A stretch of DNA of 14,702 bases from Candidatus Eiseniibacteriota bacterium (lineage in GTDB: Bacteria; Arandabacterota; Arandabacteria; Arandabacterales; Arandabacteraceae): NCBI GenBank assembly GCA_043810925.1, contig JBDRNT010000147.1, positions 1 to 14,702 of the forward strand, given 5' to 3'. Position 1 is the stretch's first letter. Each line of letters begins with the position of its first letter. The notes under the pieces were generated by a model, which made no database searches, had not been told where the DNA came from, and saw only the letters and a list, made by a program, of their open reading frames with translations. Position numbers and translations under genes: made by a program. Shown here piece after piece: positions 7,727 to 14,702 of this stretch.

Positions 7727-7855
7727 CTACCGTAGGGCCGAGCTGAGCAGCGTGATCTTCCTCGTCACGACCTCATCCCCCGCCTTGAGCCTGGCGAAGT
7801 ACACGCCAGAAGCAACAGGTGCTCCTGTTGCATCGCGGCCGTCCCACTTTAGCCG
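7727..7855 (-). pseudogene. Remnant of a C-terminal FlgD Ig-like domain
   Basis: LKWDGRDATGAPVASGVYFARLKAGDEVVTRKITLL matches only the second half of the FlgD-Ig tail (compare LVWDGCDDRGIPLGGGLYFLRL...RKVILLR at the end of 10648-12417). The upstream residues are not FlgD-like, lacking the NPFNP motif. Confidence 0.75.
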
Positions 7856-8237
7856 CGGTTCCTCTGAAGCGGGTCGATCCGCTCCCGGCGGGTGCGCCTC
7901 TCGGATTCGCTCTCTCGTGAACCTGCCATGGCTCCTGAATGAGGCGGGGATCTCCCCCACCGGCTCGGTCGTTCGTGCTGCCCGCCTATTCTACCATCCC
8001 GCAAGGTGTTTGATTCACGAGAATTAGGTGTCCCTAGTGGTCCCGGCCATGTGGCGCAGGTCGACGACTGGCCTTTTCCTTTGGCCCGTCTAGGTTTACA
8101 GGTCTGGTATCTCGGCCGCGGCGAGTGATATTCTTCGAAGCAGCCGGTTATGCTGTCAGGTCCCAATCCGGTCGGGCCAGAATTCGACGGACCGAAGCAC
8201 GGCGGCGGATACTTTTCGAGAAACCGGGAGGTCAGTA

Positions 8238-9080
8238 ATGGAACAAGTCGACCAGGCCGCTCACGCCCAGAGAATCTGGAACGGAATCCACGAGACTTAC
8301 CGGCGACTTCAGACGAAACCCGAGGAAGCGATCGCCCCCCAGAATAATTCCGGTAGTGAGCCGCACCAGGAATACCTCCCGGACACCATGTGGCGAATCC
8401 CCGTGATCAAGAAGAGCGACGACCAGCTGTACAGCGACCTCTGCTTCTGCGTCTTTAACGCTGGGATAAAGGGGAGTCTTCTCGATTCAAAGTGGCCAGG
8501 TATTGCAAAAGCATTCGCTGGATTCCGAGTCGATGAGGTTGCGGCGTTCCCGCAAGACTATGCGGAAGTCATCCTCACGGATCCTACTGTCCTGCGGAAC
8601 CGGCGGAAGATCACGGGCTGTCTCAAGAACGCATTGGAAGTTGGCAAGTTGCGTCATCAATGGGGTTCGTTCGCCATATACCTTACGAACTACGCCCAAG
8701 AGCACGGACCCAACGCTCTCTCCGACGACATACAAGCTCGGTTTTCAGGAATCGGCCCTGCAACTGGTCCCCAGTTCCTGAAGGATCTCGGCTTCGACAT
8801 GTTCAAGGCGGACGCTCATGTTAGGAATATCCTATATCGGACCGGACTAATTACAAGCAAGAATGCGTCTGCACATGACGTTTCATCGGCCTTCGGGCTA
8901 CTCATTGGTGCAGAATCGGAGCGAACCGGGCGACGGAACATTTGGTTGAGTAGCATAGACTGGATCTTGTACTGCTTCGGAATTGGGGAAGAACTCGAAC
9001 ATCCCGTCTGTAAACCGGGAAAGCCTCTCTGTGACGAGTGCGGCGCTTCACCTTCTTGCCCTAAGAATGGGGTGAAGTAG
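8238..9080 (+). CDS. DNA glycosylase-like protein: 3-methyladenine glycosylase I (Tag)-like N-part, HhH-GPD-type D-x-H motif and EndoIII-type [4Fe-4S] motif
   Basis: SDDQLY..L...VFNAG.....KWPGIAKAFAGF....VA....DPTVLRNRRKI...LKNA resembles Tag. FSGIGPATGPQFL is HhH-like, followed by KADAHVRNILYRTG and CKPGKPLCDECGASPSC (C-X6-C-X2-C-X5-C). SD GGAGG lies upstream. Confidence 0.8.
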   Translation: MEQVDQAAHAQRIWNGIHETYRRLQTKPEEAIAPQNNSGSEPHQEYLPDTMWRIPVIKKSDDQLYSDLCFCVFNAGIKGSLLDSKWPGIAKAFAGFRVDEVAAFPQDYAEVILTDPTVLRNRRKITGCLKNALEVGKLRHQWGSFAIYLTNYAQEHGPNALSDDIQARFSGIGPATGPQFLKDLGFDMFKADAHVRNILYRTGLITSKNASAHDVSSAFGLLIGAESERTGRRNIWLSSIDWILYCFGIGEELEHPVCKPGKPLCDECGASPSCPKNGVK

Positions 9081-9085
9081 AGCAT

Positions 9086-9185
9086 GCCTGCCGACCGGGC
9101 TCGCGGGAGGAGGAGGAGGGGTGGGGCGTGTGTGATCCACAGCCAGGCAATCCGCGCCTGCCGACCCGAGCAAGCGGGGGAGAGG
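9086..9185 (+). repeat. Two CCTGCC/G-rich intergenic repeat copies
   Basis: GCCTGCCGACCGGGCTCGCG (9086-9105) starts 6 bp after the TAG and is identical to 9785-9804. A second copy GCCTGCCGACC lies at 9156-9166. Confidence 0.85.
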
Positions 9186-9203
9186 ATCGGTGGGCTGCGA
9201 GTA

Positions 9204-9212
9204 TGGTATCAT
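9204..9212 (+). promoter_or_regulatory. Possible extended -10 promoter element for 9255-9767
   Basis: TGgTATCAT fits TGnTAnnnT about 43 bp upstream of the GTG start. No good -35 element. Confidence 0.3.
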
Positions 9213-9254
9213 TCCATCACGGTTGAAACAGCGTTTGTGCCTAAGGAGTGACTT

Positions 9255-9767
9255 GTGCCCCCTTGGATCTCCATCGCCCTGCAGATTCTTGGCGTGGTCG
9301 GTGTGGTAGGCTCCCTTGTCCTTATCTGGTGCCAAACACGGGTAGACCACAAGCAGCGGCGGCGTGAGTCGACTATGTCGTTTATCGCGGCCATGTCCGA
9401 GTATCGCTCCATCGATCACGAGCTATATCCAACTGCGAGTGATTCGGAGACCGGTATGTCGCCACAGATGATTGATCAACTCCTCGCGGATCTGATTGAC
9501 TCGGCTAAGGCGGCGGAGTTAGTCGCTCAGCTTGAGAACTTTGCCGCCGGCGTGAACCAGGGCGTCTTCGACATTGATGTCGTCAACGCAGCGAAAGGCG
9601 GATATCTTCTCTCCTTCTATGAGCGGTGGCGGCCGTACATGCAAGCTAGAATCAGGACCTCGTCTTACCCCAATCGCCTTTTTGACCAGATTGAGAAGCT
9701 CGTAGCGGATATCGCCAAGAAGCGGGGCAAGCCAATCCAGGCACCCCTCGATCGGAGACAGGGATAA
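9255..9767 (+). CDS. DUF4760-like membrane-anchored protein
   Basis: SD AAGGAG (9243-9248) precedes a GTG start. N-terminal TM helix, RRRESTMSFI, LENFAAGVNQGVFDIDVV and LFDQIEKLV follow the DUF4760 pattern as I recall it. Confidence 0.65.
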   Translation: MPPWISIALQILGVVGVVGSLVLIWCQTRVDHKQRRRESTMSFIAAMSEYRSIDHELYPTASDSETGMSPQMIDQLLADLIDSAKAAELVAQLENFAAGVNQGVFDIDVVNAAKGGYLLSFYERWRPYMQARIRTSSYPNRLFDQIEKLVADIAKKRGKPIQAPLDRRQG

Positions 9768-9784
9768 AGAAGCGACAGCAGATA

Positions 9785-9894
9785 GCCTGCCGACCGGGCT
9801 CGCGCGGCGGAGCGGGCAGGATAGCCTGCCGAGCGGGCGGACCGGCCAGCATCGCCTGCCAGCCGGGCTCGCGGGCGGAGCTGGGCTGGAGGCG
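9785..9894 (+). repeat. Three tandem CCTGCC repeat copies forming imperfect hairpins
   Basis: GCCTGCC occurs at 9785, 9824 and 9854. CCTGCC...GGCAGG pairs over 9786-9820. CGCCT-G-CCAGCC...GGCTGG-AGGCG (9853-9894) forms an 11-bp stem with one bulged G. Confidence 0.85.
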
Positions 9895-10043
9895 GATGGG
9901 ATTTGCAGTTGGGAAAGGGCGAGTCAGTGACCCGATGAGGCCCACCGTTTCAACTCTAAGATCCGCTCAGAGCTGAAGAAACGAATTTACAGAAAAGATG
10001 TTACACCCCCAAGAACAAAGGGACAGTTCTCAACAAAGGGCAC

Positions 10044-10586
10044 TCAGCGGAACATCGTCTTGATCATGCCCCATGTCGACTCTTCTGTACCCGTAGGGCC
10101 GGTCTGGACAGTTCCACCAATGATCTCAGACCATAGGTCACCTATCCAACCGCACGTGTCATAACCTCCAGTCAGCCCGACGACTTCCGCCATTGAATTG
10201 TCTTCGACTGCTCGGTAGGTCACCGTGGCACAAAGATAGGGAAGCGCCATACAGTCTGCGAACTGCAGATCCGCACCCTGCACGATAATGCAGTCACCAG
10301 GAGTAGGAGGTACGCCAACCCAGCCGGGACCGAGCAAGAAGTACTCGCACCCCTGAAATTCCAAAGACCTGTCGTAGTTGCAGAATGTGACGCTATAAAC
10401 GAATAATCCCCCATCATGCGGGTTGCCAAGGAGCCATATATCCACCAATACATAGCTGTTGACCTCAACTTCGATGTGATCAGGGCCGTTGCCGACGATT
10501 TCGTCGAAGTCGAGTTCGACGTACGGTTCACTGGCCATTGTGGAAAATGCCATGCACAGGCCGCCTAGTATCGCCAATGTCTTCAT
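10044..10586 (-). CDS. Secreted protein (180 aa), beta-sandwich/cohesin-like domain, C-terminal TWGxIK tail
   Basis: SD GGAGG upstream, signal peptide MKTLAILGGLCMAFSTMA, and the end PTGTEESTWGMIKTMFR. The body is homologous to the N-terminal domain of the 13664 gene. Confidence 0.85.
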   Translation of the reverse strand: MKTLAILGGLCMAFSTMASEPYVELDFDEIVGNGPDHIEVEVNSYVLVDIWLLGNPHDGGLFVYSVTFCNYDRSLEFQGCEYFLLGPGWVGVPPTPGDCIIVQGADLQFADCMALPYLCATVTYRAVEDNSMAEVVGLTGGYDTCGWIGDLWSEIIGGTVQTGPTGTEESTWGMIKTMFR

Positions 10587-10647
10587 TATCTTCTAGACCT
10601 CCCTCCATTCATATCAGACGCGAAAGCTACCCATCATTAATCAACAG

Positions 10648-12417
10648 TTATCTCAAGAGAATTACCTTCCGGCAGATGTCCAGGTCATGCGCCCAAAGCC
10701 TCAAGAAGTAGAGACCCCCGCCAAGGGGGATTCCTCGATCATCGCAGCCATCCCAAACAAGCATTTTGGCGCCGGCTTCCTCATATCCGGCCACCAGACT
10801 CCTAACGTGCCGGCCCCGGATGTCATAAGCGTTGATTGCAATAAATCCGGATTTTGAAAGATAATACTGTATGGTGACAGCCGGGTTGAATGGATTCGGG
10901 TAACTCTGAAGGAACACACTTCCCAAGCCGGTGTGTGTGTTCAATACTGTGGTGGGAACATCGAAAAAGAACCTCGATATGAATCCATCCGTATCACTGC
11001 TGTCACTGCCGTCTCCCAGTGTAGTGTCGTAGACTTCAGGTGGGGTAGCCGGGAAATCTATAGACGAGGTTGTACCCCCAAGGACAACAATTCCTGTGGT
11101 GTTGGTGGCCAGTGAAAATCCACGATCGCTGCTGCTTCCCCCGATATAAGATGAATAAAGAAGTTCCTGACCACCGGCATCCAGCCTCGCAAGAAACGCA
11201 TCATGATCACCGCCACCAAACAGAGGATAATCCGCATCAGGCGTTACCGGAAAGTCGTTCGATTCCGTCTCGCCGCTGACATTTATGTTCCCGAACCTGT
11301 CAACTGCTAATGCCCAGGCCCGATCCTCATCGCTGCCTCCAAGATAGGTTGAATAGACCAAGGTACTGAGATCAGAACTTAACTTCGCTATGAACAAATC
11401 CCGGGGTCCGCCCAACGTGCCATAGAGACTGTCATCTGTCATTGGGAAATCGTCAGATCTTGTACCTCCGGCCACAACCACATTGCCCAGACTGTCTCTC
11501 CCAATGCCGTACGCCGCTTTTTCTAAATCGGACCCTCCTAGATATGTTGAGTGACGAAGGAAGCCTCCGGTTGAATCGATTTCCGAAATAAATATATCCA
11601 AGGTTCCGCTGAGGGATGTGTCATAGGCATCTGATGTAACAGGAAAATCATCGGAATCAGTCATTCCCGTTATGTATGCTTTTCCGGAATCACCTAGCAT
11701 TACCGAAAAAGGATAGTCTGTAGATGATCCTCGCAAGAACGTTGAATAGGTAAGTGTGTCTCCAGATGAGCCCAGTCTTGAAACATATCCATCCCAACCA
11801 TAATTCGGCGCGTGGTCTTCCTCGTAGGCTCCGGGAGTCGTTGGGAAATCTGCGGATTGCGTTCTCCCACACAAGAGAATACTGCCGTCGTGAGTCAACG
11901 CCAATCCGTACGCTCGATCAGAAAATTCCACGCACCCACCATCATCTTCACCGCCAAGAAACCTTGAAAATATCAGACTGTCTCCATCTTCATCAAGTTT
12001 GGTTATAAAACAGTCGCTGCTCCCACCATTGTACGATGATTCATCTGTAACGGGGAAATCTTCTGACATTGTCCAGCCAGATATCACTGGGTTTCCAGCG
12101 GGGTCAACGGCAATCGGATGAGGCCAGTCGCCACTCGATCCTCCTAGAAGCGTAGAATAAACAAGTACTTCGCCTTCCGGTTCGATTTTCGTAACGAACC
12201 CGTCATAGGGTCCTTCGAGCAGCGAATCATAGGCGCCGGGCGTAGTCGGGAACCCAGTGGATCTCGTGAATCCGGTAACATACGTGTTTCCCAGCGAATC
12301 GAGAGCTACTCCAAGGACTGTGTCGTAGTCGATCCCGCCGAGAAACGTACTCCAAACAAGACCCGGATCAATAACAAGCGGAAGCGAGGAATCGTAAGAA
12401 GAGGCTTCAAATCCCAC
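10648..12417 (-). CDS. C-terminal part of SBBP-repeat protein: repeated propeller blades plus FlgD-Ig tail
   Basis: Repeated units (Y/W)ST(F/Y)LGG...D....IAVD..GN.YV.G.T.S.DFP.T..AYD......D.FV.K. The tail is SYPNPFNPAVTI...WDGCDDRG...GLYFLRL. This is not a true start but the continuation of the upstream ORF. Confidence 0.85.
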   Translation of the reverse strand: MGFEASSYDSSLPLVIDPGLVWSTFLGGIDYDTVLGVALDSLGNTYVTGFTRSTGFPTTPGAYDSLLEGPYDGFVTKIEPEGEVLVYSTLLGGSSGDWPHPIAVDPAGNPVISGWTMSEDFPVTDESSYNGGSSDCFITKLDEDGDSLIFSRFLGGEDDGGCVEFSDRAYGLALTHDGSILLCGRTQSADFPTTPGAYEEDHAPNYGWDGYVSRLGSSGDTLTYSTFLRGSSTDYPFSVMLGDSGKAYITGMTDSDDFPVTSDAYDTSLSGTLDIFISEIDSTGGFLRHSTYLGGSDLEKAAYGIGRDSLGNVVVAGGTRSDDFPMTDDSLYGTLGGPRDLFIAKLSSDLSTLVYSTYLGGSDEDRAWALAVDRFGNINVSGETESNDFPVTPDADYPLFGGGDHDAFLARLDAGGQELLYSSYIGGSSSDRGFSLATNTTGIVVLGGTTSSIDFPATPPEVYDTTLGDGSDSSDTDGFISRFFFDVPTTVLNTHTGLGSVFLQSYPNPFNPAVTIQYYLSKSGFIAINAYDIRGRHVRSLVAGYEEAGAKMLVWDGCDDRGIPLGGGLYFLRLWAHDLDICRKVILLR

Positions 12418-12449
12418 AGTCTCAACGCCAAGAAGAACGTATCCACCGT

Positions 12450-13664
12450 TTACTTCCAGCCTTGCGCCGCCTCTACCTGGTACAGGGTAGGCTTGGCTTC
12501 AATCATGTCTCCAAGGGCCGTAAAAATCAACAGGGCTCCATCATCACGAATACAAAGGCTGTCGTGGCCTTCGTAGTCTAACGCGAATGCGCTCGGTTCT
12601 GTGCCGGGCTGCACGACCACATCGTATTTGAGATAGCCATCTGACCCTTGATAGTACTCGACATCAATCCCCGGACAAAGTTCTCTGTAGGTAATTCCAC
12701 TGTACGAAGGAACGTCTGTACACCAACGTGCTGGGTCGTTCCCTAGAAAGAAATTGAATTTTCCTGGAAGCTCCTCAGCTGTGTTAATCTGAGAGGCGTA
12801 TCTTGCACCTTCGAAATGTGTTTCAACAACAACTCCCTGAACATGAAGCGTAGTTGGAATAGGAGCGTCCCAACTTGGATCAGACCACGAGTCACTCACG
12901 AACTCACGCTCGAGCACTCGGAATCGATCAACTACTACTTCTGTGTCCAAGAAATACACTGTGCCGCCCGATCCCCTGATATAATACTGCACGGCATCAG
13001 GGAGTTGCCCCTCGTTTTTAATGAAACGAATGGGATGGGATGCAACACTCGCAAGACCATCTCCAGACCAGGCTGGCGATTCACCTTCGCCAGAATCTTC
13101 TCTCCCGCCACTTTGTTCCCCACCATCCTCTCCACCATCCAGCACCGAATCCACACAGATCGTCGGGCCTTCAAAGGCAACGAAGGTAGACTCGCCCACA
13201 TCCTTGTTGAACCAGGCAGACAAGTCCGGATTCCATTCCAGCGTCCCGCATGAATCCCCCGGAGTGACGTAGAATTTCAGTCGAGCAAACTCGTAGGGCA
13301 CCTGAATCGGTGTTGAGATGGAGAAATCTGTGGCCTGGAGAAGGAGCCAGCCCAGGGAGTCTTGCTGCACAGAGGTGTTCGTCCAGCCTGACGGTGAGTT
13401 GTAGATGGTGGCCGTAGTTTCTTCCACCCATGAGAGCGCGCCAGTCGTGTCTCCCACAGTGACGCCGTACGAAATGACCGAGTCGGTGCCGGTGAACCAG
13501 AGTCGCACGAGCACCGTATCGGTCGGTTCGATCTGGAGCGTGTCGGGACCGTTCGTCGCGTTCGAGTCCAGGTCGGCGACGATGGAGAGACCGGCCAGAG
13601 CCTGTGGAGCCGTAAATTGCATGAGAGCCACCAACGCCAGTACGATCGGCAATGAGCGACGCAC
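12450..13664 (-). CDS. N-terminal part of SBBP-repeat protein: signal peptide, cohesin-like domain, acidic G/E/S linker, and the conserved pre-SBBP domain
   Basis: SD AAGGAGG (13676-13670) precedes GTG 13664. Signal peptide (M)RRSLPIVLALVALMQFTAPQALA. Motifs FIKNEGQ, NFFLGNDPARW, ITYRELCPGIDVEYY, LKYDVVVQPG and DDGALLI. The ORF-track start at 13895 is probably over-extended. Confidence 0.85.
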   Translation of the reverse strand: MRRSLPIVLALVALMQFTAPQALAGLSIVADLDSNATNGPDTLQIEPTDTVLVRLWFTGTDSVISYGVTVGDTTGALSWVEETTATIYNSPSGWTNTSVQQDSLGWLLLQATDFSISTPIQVPYEFARLKFYVTPGDSCGTLEWNPDLSAWFNKDVGESTFVAFEGPTICVDSVLDGGEDGGEQSGGREDSGEGESPAWSGDGLASVASHPIRFIKNEGQLPDAVQYYIRGSGGTVYFLDTEVVVDRFRVLEREFVSDSWSDPSWDAPIPTTLHVQGVVVETHFEGARYASQINTAEELPGKFNFFLGNDPARWCTDVPSYSGITYRELCPGIDVEYYQGSDGYLKYDVVVQPGTEPSAFALDYEGHDSLCIRDDGALLIFTALGDMIEAKPTLYQVEAAQGWK

Positions 13665-14017
13665 AGGAGCCTCCTTTGTCAGGAACGAACCTTGGGATTC
13701 GGGTTCCGACACGCCGGGGATGGCCACTCGGTAGTGATCCATGGGCTCCTGAGCGTTGGAGTGGCCGGTGCCAGTACATTCAAGGTAGCAGCGGTTTCGC
13801 GGCTCGTCGAATGTCGGGGGGTAAAGTCTCTGGCGTGATCTCAGAGACCAGAGATCGGTGGCGGGTGGGCTGTGGAGTCCTGGCAACGACGCCACAAACG
13901 AGGGATGCGTGATGCTCCAGGATTGCTCCGGTCTTAGCCGTTGTCCACGTAACCCCTTACGGCTAGGTTTGTAAACTAAACGGTCGCAGGTTTGTTCTTG
14001 CGAATACCGTATCTCTC

Positions 14018-14030
14018 TAAGTCATTGATA
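14018..14030. promoter_or_regulatory. IHF-consensus binding site next to att core
   Basis: TAAgtcaTTGATA is a perfect match to YAAnnnnTTGATW, 15 bp from the tRNA-derived core. Copy 1 keeps only TAAGTC (2921-2926). Confidence 0.5.
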
Positions 14031-14045
14031 TTGCTGGAATTAAAC

Positions 14046-14065
14046 TGGCTCCCCAGGTAGGACTC
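14046..14065 (-). mobile_element. att core: 3' fragment of tRNA-Asn (second copy)
   Basis: Identical to 2950-2969 and lies within the 36-bp exact match 14043-14078 / 2947-2982. Confidence 0.85.
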
Positions 14066-14702
14066 AAATAACAACTTTCGGGCGGGAAGGTGCGTCGGCT
14101 AAGTCACAATGGAGTCGCCAGTTGCAGCGGCTGGGTTTCCTGCTCTCGGCTGTGGCAGCAGAGACTCAGAGACTTTCGGGCATTTCCGCCGGAACGCGGC
14201 CCCTTTCGGCCCGCCCCTGGGCACAGAAACTCGGCCAATTGGCGGATTGCCCCGGGTGTGGATCTGGCAACCCGTTCTGGGGCTTCATGCTACATCGCCA
14301 GGTGGGCTCGAAATGGCCATACATTTCCGGGTAAATCAGGTGCGGCACACGTACGGCATCAAGGCAAAATCGGTACAGATTGCGGGCCTCAGATGCCCCT
14401 TACATAGAGAGCGAATCTATCGCTGCAACAGCCCAGCCACTATTGGGCAGCGGGCTTGGGCCGCGAATCCCACACCACCGAATCCAAATCAGCCCCGAAC
14501 TCCCCATCTGTAACCTCAGCCAGCTCAGCGCGGACGAGTTTCCGGTAGGGACACCCCGTGCCTAGCCTGACTTCCGCAGTTTCGTGCCTCTCGCGGTTTT
14601 TTTCGAGGAGGGGGACGGTATAAGTGTGTGTCCTTGCGTGCTGGGTGGGCGCGGAGGGCCATGTAGTGCCGACCTACCCCCTTGCCTGAGCGGTTTTGAT
14701 CT

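Larger units (their letters stand above)
10648..13664 (-). pseudogene. SBBP beta-propeller repeat / FlgD-Ig secreted protein (~1005 aa if restored), split by a -1 frameshift at ~12470
   Basis: The upstream frame reads ...PTLYQVE, and the -1 frame continues GGARLEVNGGYVLLGVETVGFEASSYDSSLPLVIDP, restoring the family's YQ...V...Y...VGF...YD...LVIDP motif. May be a sequencing error. Confidence 0.8.
2950..14065. mobile_element. tRNA-Asn-targeted genomic island (11,096 bp core to core), no integrase gene, in tandem with related units
   Basis: Bounded by directly repeated tRNA 3' fragments (2950-2969 and 14046-14065) inside long homologous arms. The cargo is heterogeneous, and no tyrosine/serine recombinase motifs were seen in any ORF. 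Confidence 0.8.
13946..14553. repeat. Copy 2 of ~610-bp diverged non-coding direct repeat (island junction / attP-like region)
   Basis: Same ordered blocks as 2857-3468. From the AACGGTCGCAGG block onward the offset drifts from 11097 to 11085 through small indels. Confidence 0.92.

Noticed and set aside
7812-7831. 8-bp perfect hairpin GCAACAGG-tgct-CCTGTTGC
   Set aside because: It lies inside the FlgD coding remnant with no U-tract and is probably incidental.
9785-9894. CRISPR array (also considered for 253-318)
   Set aside because: The repeats are degenerate, there are no unique spacers of regular length, and no cas genes are present.
5333-9900. Classical integron attC sites between the + strand genes
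   Set aside because: No paired RYYYAAC...GTTRRRY boxes were found after the stop codons, and there is no intI.

Overview
Bacterial accessory region. Its secreted proteins with FlgD-Ig or 'W-x-x-I-K-x-x-F-R' tails and its kinase-TolB-TPR gene suggest a lineage such as Ca. Eisenbacteria, Krumholzibacteriota or Latescibacterota (inference only). The main structure is two diverged ~610-bp non-coding direct repeats (2857-3468 and 13946-14553). Each contains an identical copy of the last 20 nt of a tRNA-Asn-type gene on the minus strand (GAGTCCTACCTGGGGAGCCA). They delimit an 11,096-bp unit with no recognisable integrase. Because both flanks of the core are homologous in the two copies, the window looks like a tandem array of at least three related tRNA-targeted islands. 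The complete unit carries an Mrr-family nuclease, a secreted protein, a proteasome/HslV-like Ntn hydrolase, a small coiled-coil protein, an FlgD remnant, a Tag/HhH-[4Fe-4S] glycosylase, a DUF4760-like protein, a second secreted protein and a frameshifted SBBP-repeat/FlgD surface protein. The left neighbouring unit carries a Ser/Thr kinase-TolB-TPR gene and an orphan IS21-like end. A second layer is a family of co-oriented GCCTGCC...G-rich imperfect hairpins at gene boundaries, including an exact 20-bp direct repeat bracketing one gene, which suggests gene cassettes within the islands. All family calls come from motif recognition by eye; no searches were run.
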